The notes under the pieces were generated by a model. It was not told the origin of the DNA. It was given only the letters and a program-made list of their open reading frames with translations, and searched no databases. A DNA stretch of 64,000 nt. It comes from Longimicrobiales bacterium. Its GTDB lineage: Bacteria; Gemmatimonadota; Gemmatimonadetes; Longimicrobiales; Gaopeijiaceae. Both the position numbers and the translations under genes were made by a program. The first letter of the stretch is position 1; the number at the start of each line of letters is the position of its first letter. The stretch covers positions 96,001 to 160,000 of the forward strand of contig OZ242008.1 in assembly GCA_965204735.1 (NCBI GenBank). The letters are read 5' to 3'. Below are positions 1 to 9,446 of the stretch, piece by piece.

Positions 1-2
1 AC

Positions 3-608
3 CCGAGTCGGCCCGCCGCCGCTCGCAGCCCGGGGTGCAACCCCGCTCGGCAAGCCGTCCCCCTCCCGGCCGTCACCGTCGGCTACCGTCTCGACGCCAC
101 CTTGTCGGACAGCGGCGGAGTCTCCCGAGGCATCTGCGAAGTCGGCGACGACGGGACGCTCCACTCCCTGACCGAGGGACTGGACCTCCGTCGCGTCGGA
201 AAGCGGATACGGGGCCGGGACCCGACCGGCGCACCCCTGGACGCGAGCCCGGATGCGCTGGCGTGCACTAGCCTGTGGGGCTTTCCGCCACGCATCCTCG
301 GTCTGCTGGCCGAGCGGTTCAAGGCGTTTGTTGCGACGGACCCCGGCCCGGAGCGAGAGTTCTACCTGACGGAGGCGGTCAACGACCTGATCATGGCGGG
401 CAAGGTGCGGTGCACCGTTCTGCCGACCGAGGAGACCTGGCTGGGCGTCACCTTCCCCGATGACCGGCACGGCGTAGCCGAGTCGCTCCGGAAGTTGGTA
501 GAATCGGGAACGTACCCGAAGAACCTCTGGTCGCGGGCCAAGCCGTGCCCGGCGAAGACTTCAGAAGCCGTTCCGGCCCCGAAGCTGGTTCCCAGGGCAA
601 AGCAATGA
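3..608 (+). CDS. Sugar-phosphate nucleotidyltransferase (NTP_transferase family), 5'-truncated by window edge
   Basis: Frame is open from the window start. Motifs VGYRLDATLSDSGGVSRGIC, SLWGF, EFYL and WLGVTFPDD are typical of this family's C-terminal half. Confidence 0.8.
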   Translation, partial: PSRPAAARSPGCNPARQAVPLPAVTVGYRLDATLSDSGGVSRGICEVGDDGTLHSLTEGLDLRRVGKRIRGRDPTGAPLDASPDALACTSLWGFPPRILGLLAERFKAFVATDPGPEREFYLTEAVNDLIMAGKVRCTVLPTEETWLGVTFPDDRHGVAESLRKLVESGTYPKNLWSRAKPCPAKTSEAVPAPKLVPRAKQ

Positions 609-667
609 TCGGGCAGCGGATGCCCAACCGAAGCCAGAAAATGGGCTGACAGCCAGAAAGGGCCAAA

Positions 668-2437
668 ATGCAGCTCGCAATCCTGGACTGGATCGTCGTG
701 GCGCTGTACGGACTGCTGGTCCTGGCCATCGGCCTGCGCTACGCCCGCCGGGCCGGGACCGGGGCCGGCGAGTTCTTCCTCTCGGGCCGCAAGCTGCCTT
801 GGTGGCTGCTGGGCACGTCAATGGTCGCGACGACCTTCTCCACCGACACGCCCAACTTGGTCGCCGACTTCGTGCGGGACGGGGGCGTGGCGCAGAACTG
901 GTCGTGGTGGGCCTTCCTGATCACGGGGATGTGCACGGTCTTCTTCTACGCGAAGCTGTGGCGGCGCTCGGGCGCCCTCACCGACATCGAGTTCTACGAG
1001 CTTCGCTACTCGGGGCGGCCGGCGGCGTTCCTCCGAGGCTTCCGGGCGCTGTACCTGGGCGTCTTCTACAACGTGATGATCATCGCGACCGTGACGCTGG
1101 CCGCGACCAAGATCGGCGGAGTTCTCCTGGGGCTGGACCCCCTCGCCACGGTTCTGATCGCAGGCTCGGTGGCAATGGTCTATTCGGCCACCTCGGGGCT
1201 CTGGGGCGTAGTGGCGACCGACCTGGTCCTCTTCGTAGTGGCAATGGCCGGATCGGTCGCGGCTGCCTGGTTCGCCCTCCAGCAGCCGGAAGTCGGCGGG
1301 CTCGCGGGGCTGTTGGCCAACCCCGCCGTCCAGCCCGCCACGAGCTTCCTCCCCGACTTCTCGGACTGGAGCGTGGCCCTGGGCGTCTTCGTCGTCCCGA
1401 TCGCGGTCCAGTGGTGGAGCGCGTGGTACCCGGGTGCCGAACCGGGGGGCGGAGGCTACGTGGCCCAGCGGATGCTCGCCGCCAAGAACGAGCGCGAATC
1501 CATGAAGGCGACCCTGTGGTTCAACATCGCCCACTACGGGCTCCGGCCGTGGCCGTGGATCGTGGTCGCGCTGTGCTCGATGGTCGTCTACCCCGAACTT
1601 GCCGACATCCAGGCGCGCTTTCCCAACCTGGACCCGTCGCTGGTGGGCAACGACCTGGCCTATCCGGCCATGCTGGTCTTCCTGCCCGCAGGGCTTTTGG
1701 GACTGGTGGTCGCGTCGCTGGCCGCCGCCTACATGTCCACCGTCAGCACCCAGCTCAACTGGGGCTCGTCCTACGTGGTCAACGACTTCTACCGGCGCTT
1801 CGTGAACCCGGACGCCAGCGACCGCAAGCTGGTGGCGGCAGGCCGACTCTCCACGGTGGGGCTGATGATCTTGGGCGCCTTCGTCGCGCTCCAGCTGGAC
1901 ACCGCTGGACAGGGCTTTCAGATCCTTCTCCAGATCGGCGCCGGAACAGGTCTCGTCTTCCTGCTGCGATGGTTCTGGTACCGAGTGAACGTGTGGAGCG
2001 AACTCGCCGGCATGACGCTCTCGTTCCTGGTGGCGCTCTACTTCGCGTTCGTCCATGGCAGGTTGGGACTCGACCCGCTGACGGGCTGGCAGCAGCTGAT
2101 CGCGGGCGTGGCGGTCACGACGCTGGGATGGCTGGCCGTCACCCTCGTCACGCCGCCGGCGGACGCCCCCACGCTGCAACGCTTCTACGACAAGATCCAG
2201 CCGCTGGGCCGGGGCTGGCGCCGTGTCGTGGACACGAGCGCCGCTCGAACCGACGACGGCTCGGTCACGGCCGCCTTCCTGGGCTGGTTCCTAGGCTGCG
2301 TCCTCGTCTACGGCGCGCTTTTCGGCACGGGGTACGCGCTGTACGGCCGTGCAGTCCCGGCGACCCTGGCGCTGGCCGTCTCGGCCGGCGCAGGAGCTTG
2401 GCTCTTCAGGCTATTGCCTCGCCTCGGGTTCCGATGA
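668..2437 (+). CDS. Sodium:solute symporter (SSS family)
   Basis: 589-aa polytopic membrane protein with FFLSGRKLPWW, SMVATTFSTDTP, YVAQRMLAAK and AAYMSTVSTQLNWGSSY motifs. Confidence 0.92.
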   Translation: MQLAILDWIVVALYGLLVLAIGLRYARRAGTGAGEFFLSGRKLPWWLLGTSMVATTFSTDTPNLVADFVRDGGVAQNWSWWAFLITGMCTVFFYAKLWRRSGALTDIEFYELRYSGRPAAFLRGFRALYLGVFYNVMIIATVTLAATKIGGVLLGLDPLATVLIAGSVAMVYSATSGLWGVVATDLVLFVVAMAGSVAAAWFALQQPEVGGLAGLLANPAVQPATSFLPDFSDWSVALGVFVVPIAVQWWSAWYPGAEPGGGGYVAQRMLAAKNERESMKATLWFNIAHYGLRPWPWIVVALCSMVVYPELADIQARFPNLDPSLVGNDLAYPAMLVFLPAGLLGLVVASLAAAYMSTVSTQLNWGSSYVVNDFYRRFVNPDASDRKLVAAGRLSTVGLMILGAFVALQLDTAGQGFQILLQIGAGTGLVFLLRWFWYRVNVWSELAGMTLSFLVALYFAFVHGRLGLDPLTGWQQLIAGVAVTTLGWLAVTLVTPPADAPTLQRFYDKIQPLGRGWRRVVDTSAARTDDGSVTAAFLGWFLGCVLVYGALFGTGYALYGRAVPATLALAVSAGAGAWLFRLLPRLGFR

Positions 2438-3795
2438 CCGCTTCCCGCCGCCAGGTGATCGCCCCCGGCCGCGTGAACCTGATCGGCGAGCACATCGACT
2501 ACAACGGACTGCCCGTTCTGCCCATGGCGCTGGACCGGTCCGTGCGCATCGACTTCGTCCCGCTGGACGAGCCTGTCGTGCGACTGGCCAGCGCGGCGCC
2601 GGGATGCGATCCCGTCGAGTTCCGACTGGACCGCCCGATCGACCGCGCTCCCCAAGGGCACTGGTCGAACTACGCCCGCGCCGCCGCCTGGGGGCTGTTG
2701 GAGGACGAACGCCGGCTGGCGCAGGGCGACCGGGCAAACTCCAGGCCAGTCGCCCCCGACCCCGACGGCCGCCCCGGCGCCCGTGGGCCACTGGGTCGGG
2801 CTGGCCGCCTCCGCGGCTTTGACGGACGGCTCGACAGCGACCTTCCAATTGCCTCGGGACTGGCGTCCTCGTCGGCCTTCGTCGTGGCCGTCGGTCTCGC
2901 GCTGCTCCACTCCAACGACCTGAAGCTTGCCCCGTTGGACCTCGCCGTCAGGATGGCCGGGGCCGAGCGCTTCACCGGCGTGCAGGGCGGCGGAATGGAC
3001 CAGGCGGCCTGTCTGTGCGGGGTCGCGGGTCACGCTCTCCGAATCGACTTCGGCCCATTGCGCGCGACTCCTGTGCCCATGCCGGCCGGCTGGCGGTGGA
3101 TCGTGGCGTCTTCGTTGGCCCGAGCCGAGAAGTCACGGGGCGCGATGGAGGCGTACAACGCGCGAGCCTGGGAGTGCCGCGAAGCGCTCCGACGCCTGAT
3201 CGTCGACGCTTCGAATCCGAAGACTGGCGGCCGTGCCGCCGCGACTTTCTGGCCCCGCACGGAGACGAGGGTGGCTCCAGCCTACCGCGATCTGACTCGA
3301 GCGTTATCAGTGGGCGAAGTGTTGGATTGGGCCGCACGTGTGCTCAACCCCCGCCTGCTTTCTCGGTTCCGTCACGTGGTCACCGAAGCCCGGCGAGTCG
3401 AAGCGGCCCAGCGAGCCATGGCCGAGGCGCGCATCGACGAGTTCGGCACCCAGATGGTGCACTCCCACGACAGCCTTCGAGACGACTACGGGGTCAGCAC
3501 GCCGGCCTTGGACGAGATCGTGTCCGTCGCGCTGGACGCGGGCGCCGCCGGAGCCAGGCTGACGGGGGCCGGCTTCGGAGGCTCCGCAGTAGTCCTCTGC
3601 TCAGCGCAGACAGCGCCCACGGTCTCGGAAGCGCTGAAGTCCCGCTTCTACGCCAAGCACCGGAGCGCCCGAACACCCGGCGCCCGGTCCGCACCTGCCA
3701 CTCCTCTCCACGAGACGATCTTCGTCGCGCGACCTTCGGCCGGCGCCGGTGTGCAGGACGATCCCCATGCCGCCGGGCTGCCCGGTGCCGTCTGA
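2434..3795 (+). CDS. galK: Galactokinase / GHMP sugar kinase
   Basis: ATGA overlap with the SSS stop. Motifs APGRVNLIGEHIDYNG, PIASGLASS, GGMDQ and GARLTGAGFGG. Confidence 0.88.
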   Translation: MTASRRQVIAPGRVNLIGEHIDYNGLPVLPMALDRSVRIDFVPLDEPVVRLASAAPGCDPVEFRLDRPIDRAPQGHWSNYARAAAWGLLEDERRLAQGDRANSRPVAPDPDGRPGARGPLGRAGRLRGFDGRLDSDLPIASGLASSSAFVVAVGLALLHSNDLKLAPLDLAVRMAGAERFTGVQGGGMDQAACLCGVAGHALRIDFGPLRATPVPMPAGWRWIVASSLARAEKSRGAMEAYNARAWECREALRRLIVDASNPKTGGRAAATFWPRTETRVAPAYRDLTRALSVGEVLDWAARVLNPRLLSRFRHVVTEARRVEAAQRAMAEARIDEFGTQMVHSHDSLRDDYGVSTPALDEIVSVALDAGAAGARLTGAGFGGSAVVLCSAQTAPTVSEALKSRFYAKHRSARTPGARSAPATPLHETIFVARPSAGAGVQDDPHAAGLPGAV

Positions 3796-3820
3796 TCCCC
3801 GCCTGCCATCGGGATCAAGA

Positions 3821-4507
3821 TCACGGTTCCCCCAAGCTCTCCATCCGCTCCATCCAGGCATTGAAGTTCGGACAAGCTGCACGGATTTCGTGAAGTCCGA
3901 TCCGCGAGGCAGCGACTAATCCGTCAGCGACCTTCTGATACCCGGGTGCGACCTCCAAGATGCGCTTGGACGGCGCCGTGGATACGCCATCGTCGATCTC
4001 CTCTGGCGTGCCGAAGCGGCTCATGACTTGATGGAATCGCCGCACGGCCCGGTCTTGTTGAGAACCAAGCGACACTACCCTTCCCAGAACCTCTGGTGCG
4101 GCAAACAACAAGGCCTCAAACTCATGCAACTGCACATACGGTATGAACGCATCGGGGCGCCAGTGCTTCCCCACTATTCCCTCCATCCTTGCGTACATTT
4201 CGTTTTCGATTTCAGTGGCCTTCTGGCCATGGGGCCTGCGAGCCGCGGCCGCCCGTCCTGGCCAATCAAGCGGCATGCCGTAGTAGTCGAACATCGTCGT
4301 CACGTGACGGCCGCCATCCTCCTGAAGCAATCGACGCAGTTCCTTCTCTGTTTGTTTCCATGACTTCACTCCGCCTGTGACGCGAGGCCTGCCCATGGTG
4401 GTCGTTTGCAAGTGGACGCCTCTGTTGCCCAAGAACGGTGCAATCAATTCGTTGCAGAATCTTTCTTCTGTCTGGCCTTCCACCAACGCCAGGATCCGCA
4501 CACTCAA
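3821..4507 (-). CDS. DUF4276-family protein (TOPRIM-like)
   Basis: Motifs LVEGQTEE, TTMFDYYGMP, PYVQLHEFEALLF, PEEIDDG..TAPSKRI and YQKV..G. TTG start overlaps the upstream ATPase stop. Confidence 0.82.
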   Translation of the reverse strand: MSVRILALVEGQTEERFCNELIAPFLGNRGVHLQTTTMGRPRVTGGVKSWKQTEKELRRLLQEDGGRHVTTMFDYYGMPLDWPGRAAAARRPHGQKATEIENEMYARMEGIVGKHWRPDAFIPYVQLHEFEALLFAAPEVLGRVVSLGSQQDRAVRRFHQVMSRFGTPEEIDDGVSTAPSKRILEVAPGYQKVADGLVAASRIGLHEIRAACPNFNAWMERMESLGEP

Positions 4508-5655
4508 GGACGACCTCCAAACAGGTTCTTTTCCCACAGTTCGCTGAGCGAGTAGTCCTCCAGCCACTCCGTCAGGGCTTCTTCGGCTAGTCGCTTGTAC
4601 TGGGTACCGGACTTGGCGTCCGCTTCAAGCACGGCAATCTGGCTCGGCTTGAATTCGTCTACCAACCTAGTCGATTGAGTTGCCAGGATCACTTGCACCC
4701 TCGTAGCCGCGGATTTTGCCAGTGCCGCAAGCACGACTATGGCTGATGGATGAAGGCCAAGCTCGGGTTCGTCCAGCACGATCACGTTGGGAAGCCTGGG
4801 CTGGAGAAACAGCGTCGCAAGAGCCATGAAGCGTAAAGTTCCGTCGGAAATCTGATGCGGCCCAAGGAGATATTCATGTCCCCTCTCGTGCCAGTTCAGC
4901 AGTATCTTGTTAGGATCCGTGGTTCGTGGACCCAAATCGAATCCACCGAACGCGGGAAACGCCAAGCGGATGGTCTCCTCAATCCGGCGGTAGCATTCTA
5001 GATCGGTCCGCTCCAGCCCATGGAGAAACGCGGCCAAGTTGCCGGCATCGTCTCGCAAGTACCGATTGTCCTCGATGTACGCGCTCTTGCGAATGTTGGC
5101 ACGAAACGACGTATCGTGAAACTGGTATCCTCGACAAAGGGAAAGCAGCCACAGCACCACGTCGCATGTCTTGTTGCCTTCGTCCCGCTTCTCCTGCAGC
5201 CGGCTTTCCCCGTGGCCGGAACCAAGCAGGAGCCGCTGGGGCTGGGCATAGCCAGCACGATGGTATTCGACTCGTTCTTCGGCGAACAACATGGTGTCGG
5301 GAGCCGCATCCATGAGTCGCATGTGGTATGTGGTGGTGGTCTTCTCATATGCGCCGTCAGCGCCACCGAACTCGACCTCGGCACGCATCTGCGGAGTCGT
5401 CCTGGCTCCGTAGCGCAAAAGCGATTCTGATCCGCCCTCCCGGCCGATGTAGAGTTGAAGGCTATTCGTGCTTACAAATCCGAGCATCCGGAAGAAAGAC
5501 ACAAGGTTGCTCTTTCCAGATCCATTGGCCCCGAGCAGCACCGTGATGTCGCCGAAATCAACCCTGCTTGACGCGAACGACTTGTAGCCCTCGATGGCGA
5601 TGCTGTTCAGCCTGCTTGTCTTGCTCTCGGTGCCGTCGGTCAAGGAATGCTCCAT
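4504..5655 (-). CDS. ABC-type AAA ATPase (AAA_21/AbiEii-like)
   Basis: IEGYKS, Walker A GANGSGKSN, signature SDGTLRF, Walker B LDEPELGLHP, ATQS. Confidence 0.9.
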   Translation of the reverse strand: MEHSLTDGTESKTSRLNSIAIEGYKSFASSRVDFGDITVLLGANGSGKSNLVSFFRMLGFVSTNSLQLYIGREGGSESLLRYGARTTPQMRAEVEFGGADGAYEKTTTTYHMRLMDAAPDTMLFAEERVEYHRAGYAQPQRLLLGSGHGESRLQEKRDEGNKTCDVVLWLLSLCRGYQFHDTSFRANIRKSAYIEDNRYLRDDAGNLAAFLHGLERTDLECYRRIEETIRLAFPAFGGFDLGPRTTDPNKILLNWHERGHEYLLGPHQISDGTLRFMALATLFLQPRLPNVIVLDEPELGLHPSAIVVLAALAKSAATRVQVILATQSTRLVDEFKPSQIAVLEADAKSGTQYKRLAEEALTEWLEDYSLSELWEKNLFGGRP

Positions 5656-5807
5656 GTGTTCCGCGGAACGTTGGGGTGGGGCGTCAGCCTGCGCCAAAGC
5701 CTCGCACGCTGTTCGAGGGGGTTCGTAAGCTAGGAACGGTCATAGCGAAACCTTGGATCGCCGTCCCTGGGCGTCAAGCCCCCTCGGGGGAGGTTGAATC
5801 CGCTCGT

Positions 5808-5884
5808 GCCACCATTCTACTACCATTTTGCTGCCATTCTACTACCAAGATGCCTCCGTTTTACTACCGTTCCGCTACCATTGC
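5808..5884 (+). repeat. Seven tandem 11-bp direct repeats (consensus RCTACCATTYT), putative protein-binding array
   Basis: Units gccaccattct/actaccatttt/gctgccattct/actaccaagat/gcctccgtttt/actaccgttcc/gctaccattgc, at exact 11-bp phase. Confidence 0.85.
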
Positions 5885-5923
5885 GCGAGAGGCCTCCCCA
5901 CTACAGCCCGCTCTAGTGCCCGG

Positions 5924-8137
5924 CTACGTTCCGGGCCGCCACACACGCTCGGCGACCCGTCTGAACCTTGCGTCGCCCCGGATCGGGTCCCAGATGGGAC
6001 TGGCCAAGGACTTGCCCAGGAACGGTTCCCGCCGGGCGACGGCTTCTTCCAGGTGCTCGAAGGCTTGGTCGACGTCGCCCAGACCCACCGCTGTGAACGC
6101 CTGGACCGTGTGGGGGACGTGCTCGCCACGGGCTTGACGAGCTTGAGCCTCCCGCAGCCGGAGCCGCCAGTAGCTTCCCCGGTCGTCCTCGTCGAAGGCC
6201 TCCCAGAGCTCGTCGATCCGCTCCGCCCGCTCCGGCGTGTCGTCCTGCGTGGCCAGGATGTGCTGCTCGCGCACCTTGACCGCGCCGGCGTAGTCACCGC
6301 GCAAGAGATGCAGGTCCTCCAAGACCAGCCAATTGACCTCGTCCTCGGGGTCCGCGGTCACCAGCTCCCGGTAGCTCGCGGCTGCCCGGTCGTACTGGCC
6401 GGAATCCAGAAAGCGGTCCGCTGCGCGTCGTCGCCGAGCCAAGGCCCGGTCTTCGCTGGTCACGAGCACTGGACGGTTCCCGCGATCCGCAACGAACCGC
6501 TCCACGCGCCTACCGATCTCGGTCGAGCTGCGTACGTAGGCGCGAGCCAGCGAGTCGGTGGCAACTCCGGCCTCGGCCAGCGCCGCCTCCACATCCTCCG
6601 CCAGTCCCTCGTCAAACTTCATTGTAACGTTCAACAGGGCAATTCGGAAGACGTCCAGCTCTCGCTTCGGCGCACCCAGCAACTCCGCCCGGTGCAACGA
6701 CTCCTGAATGCGCGCAACGGACTCGTGCGGAGTTCCCGCGCCATGCGCACCGTCCCCGCCCCGGCCCGCAGCCCCGTGCGGAGCCTCGCCCGTTGCCTCG
6801 TGCGTAGCCCCGTGCGTAGCCTCGCCCGCAGCCTCGTGCGTAGCCCCGTCCCGTCGCCTCGTGCGCAGGGTCGCCCCCGGCCCATCCGAAAGCTCCGTCG
6901 GTTCCCCCGGAAACGCGACCGACCCGCCGTCCGCCTTTGCCAGCAGCACGAGCCCCGCCTCGGCCCGCCCCAGCCACGCCAGTCCGAAGGTCGAGTCGAT
7001 CCCGACGGCTTCGGTGAAGTGCCGCATCGCTTGCGCCGCCGCCCGATCCAGCGCCATCTCGGCGTCGGCGCCCAAGTTCTCCGCTTCCAGGCCCAGGTCC
7101 CGCTCGCCCATGTCCACGCCCACCGCCTCCAAGCCCAGCTCGTGGTCCAGCTCCTCCCAGCCCTGGAGGTAGGCTTGGTGCGCCTCGGGATCGACGGCTG
7201 CCACGTGCTCGACGGTCGGCACCGCCGGTTCACCCTCCACTTCCGCCTGCACCGCCTGCGCAATCTCCAGCGCGATCTCGGTCTGGAGGCGCAGGATGTC
7301 GGTCATCTCCCGTTGGTAGGTGCGCGTCATCAGGTGAGTGTCCGACGGCGCGTGAAGCAGCTGGATGCTGATCCGCACGCTGTCGTTCTCGGCCGTCATC
7401 GCCACCGAGCCCGTGACCACGGCCTGGACGCGCAGCTCCTGGGCGATCCGCGGCAGCTGCATCGTGGTGTCGGCGTAGCGGGCGACCGAGGTGCGCGAGA
7501 CGACCCGGAGGCTGGTCATCCCGGTCAGCTGGTTGATGATCTCGTCGTGCAGCTGGCGGGCGAAGAGGTCGCCCTGGCCCTCGGCGAAGTTCGCCAGGGG
7601 CAGCACGGCGATCGCCGCGACCGGCGCCTCGGGGTCGAAGTTGGCGAAGACGGGGCCGCCTCTGGGGCCTCGCGAGTCGGAAGAGCCGGGGCCCGGAGCC
7701 AGCCGGGCTTGGCGGGCCGCCCAGAAAGAGGACCGCCAGCCGGAGCCGTCCCCTTCGGATGCGGACATGAAGCTTCGGCTGAACCAGACGGCCGCGAACG
7801 CCACCGACACCGTCGTCACCCCCAGAAGAGCGAGGCGCGGAGCAAGGGAGCGCACGGCCCCCTGCCCCGACGTTCCGGCGGAAGAGTCCTGCGTCCGCCG
7901 CAGCCCCTCCGACGTGAGCTCGTAGGCCCAAGCCACCGCCAGCACCACCGGCAGTCCCAAGGCGGCTGCCACCACCAGCGACTGCAAGGCCCAGTCGGGC
8001 GTGTTGAAGGCCGGCAGCACGATCTCGCCCAGCTGAAGCGCGACGAAGGCGGCGACCGCGTAGAAGCCTCCGGCCCGCACCACCTTCCGGCGGCGGAGCT
8101 CGTTCCAGAAGGGACCGAACCCGGACTTCAGGCTCAT
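5924..8137 (-). CDS. Membrane-anchored TolB-N-like/TPR protein
   Basis: N-terminus FWNELRRRKVVR followed by TM helices, then IAVLPLAN...LRVVSRTS domain, TPR-like helices and C-terminal WDPIRGDARF. Confidence 0.8.
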   Translation of the reverse strand: MSLKSGFGPFWNELRRRKVVRAGGFYAVAAFVALQLGEIVLPAFNTPDWALQSLVVAAALGLPVVLAVAWAYELTSEGLRRTQDSSAGTSGQGAVRSLAPRLALLGVTTVSVAFAAVWFSRSFMSASEGDGSGWRSSFWAARQARLAPGPGSSDSRGPRGGPVFANFDPEAPVAAIAVLPLANFAEGQGDLFARQLHDEIINQLTGMTSLRVVSRTSVARYADTTMQLPRIAQELRVQAVVTGSVAMTAENDSVRISIQLLHAPSDTHLMTRTYQREMTDILRLQTEIALEIAQAVQAEVEGEPAVPTVEHVAAVDPEAHQAYLQGWEELDHELGLEAVGVDMGERDLGLEAENLGADAEMALDRAAAQAMRHFTEAVGIDSTFGLAWLGRAEAGLVLLAKADGGSVAFPGEPTELSDGPGATLRTRRRDGATHEAAGEATHGATHEATGEAPHGAAGRGGDGAHGAGTPHESVARIQESLHRAELLGAPKRELDVFRIALLNVTMKFDEGLAEDVEAALAEAGVATDSLARAYVRSSTEIGRRVERFVADRGNRPVLVTSEDRALARRRRAADRFLDSGQYDRAAASYRELVTADPEDEVNWLVLEDLHLLRGDYAGAVKVREQHILATQDDTPERAERIDELWEAFDEDDRGSYWRLRLREAQARQARGEHVPHTVQAFTAVGLGDVDQAFEHLEEAVARREPFLGKSLASPIWDPIRGDARFRRVAERVWRPGT

Positions 8138-8306
8138 GGCGTCGTCCAGCGTGGGGTAAGCGATGATCTTGTCCGAAGATGAGCCCGGCGCAGGCCGTCG
8201 GCCAGTGCACCGCCCTCCGGTCCCGGAACCAGTCGGCCCGGAAGAGAGTTGGACGAGCCTCGGCCCTCGGGGGTTGCAGTCCCTTCGCCGCTCCCTCCCT
8301 TGGGTG

Positions 8307-8400
8307 TTGGCCAGCGACCGGAGGCGGGGTTGTCCGGCGAGCTTGGCCAGCGACCGGCGGCAGGGTTGTCCAGCGGGGTTGTCCAGCGACCGGAGAGTTG
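8307..8400. repeat. 36-bp tandem repeat, ~2.5 copies, in a divergent intergenic region
   Basis: ttggccagcgaccggaggcggggttgtccggcgagc / ttggccagcgaccggcggcagggttgtccagcgggg / ttgtccagcgaccgg. Confidence 0.7.
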
Positions 8401-8498
8401 CAACCTTCGGTGCACCAGCGCGTACCGGCCGAGCGTCGCGTTCCCGCTGCAGCCGATCCCGCACTCCCGCAAAAACAGCCAGCCCCAAGGGCCGCCTC

Positions 8499-9446
8499 AT
8501 GACCGTAGTCGAAACCTGCGGACTCACCAAGCGCTTCAAGGACGTGCTGGCCGTGGACCAGGTCGACCTCTCGGTGGAGCAGGGCCAAGTCTTCGGCTTC
8601 CTCGGACCCAACGGCAGCGGGAAGACGACGACGATCGGGATGCTGATGGGGATCGTCACCCCCACGGCGGGGAGCTTCAGCCTCTTCGGCGCGTCTTCGC
8701 CCCGGGCGCTGCTGGCGGCCCGCACCCGGATCGGCGCCACTCTGGAGACGCCCAACTTCTACCCCTATCTGGGCGGGCGGGACAACTTGACGGTCACCGC
8801 TCGGCTGAAGGGCGTGGGGAACGAGCGGATCGACGAGTGCCTGGACCTGGTGGGCCTCGGCGACCGGGGCAAGCACAAGTTCAAGACCTACTCGCTGGGC
8901 ATGAAGCAGCGGCTCGCCCTGGCCGCCACGATGCTGAACGACCCGGAGCTGATCGTCCTCGACGAGCCCGCCAACGGCCTGGACCCCCAAGGGATGCGGG
9001 AGGTCCGAGAGATCATCGGCGTGCTGGCGGACCGGGGGAAGACGATCTTCCTCTCCAGCCACTTGCTGTGGGAAGTCGAGCGCACCTGCACCCACGTGGC
9101 CATCGTCCGCAAGGGCAGGATCGTGAAGATGGGAAGCGTCGCCGAGGTCGTGGGCGGGACCAGCGGCGACGACAAGACGGTCGAGGTCCTGGTCCGCGCC
9201 GCCGCCGACGAGGCGCTGCGGCCGGCGCTGGAGGCGTATCCGGGGGCCTCTTCGGTAAGGCCGGCGGAGGACGGGGGCTTCGTGGTCGGCCTCCGCTCCC
9301 ACGACTTGGCTGGCCTGAACCGGTGGCTGGCGGACCGCGGAGTGTACGTCTCTCACCTGGCCCCTCGCCGGCAGAGCCTGGAGGACGCCTTCATGGGCCT
9401 GACCGAAGGCGGCGACTTCGGCTCGATGAAGGAGATCGCGTCGTGA
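8499..9446 (+). CDS. ABC transporter ATP-binding protein
   Basis: GPNGSGKTT, YSLGMKQRL, LDEPANGLDP, SSH. Confidence 0.93.
   Translation: MTVVETCGLTKRFKDVLAVDQVDLSVEQGQVFGFLGPNGSGKTTTIGMLMGIVTPTAGSFSLFGASSPRALLAARTRIGATLETPNFYPYLGGRDNLTVTARLKGVGNERIDECLDLVGLGDRGKHKFKTYSLGMKQRLALAATMLNDPELIVLDEPANGLDPQGMREVREIIGVLADRGKTIFLSSHLLWEVERTCTHVAIVRKGRIVKMGSVAEVVGGTSGDDKTVEVLVRAAADEALRPALEAYPGASSVRPAEDGGFVVGLRSHDLAGLNRWLADRGVYVSHLAPRRQSLEDAFMGLTEGGDFGSMKEIAS

Noticed and set aside
799..2433. Apparent 998-aa fusion ending in galactokinase
   Set aside because: The N-terminal part is an alternative frame of the SSS gene. galK starts at ATG 2434. The same applies to the extended ORFs for pckA, brxA and the ABC permease.
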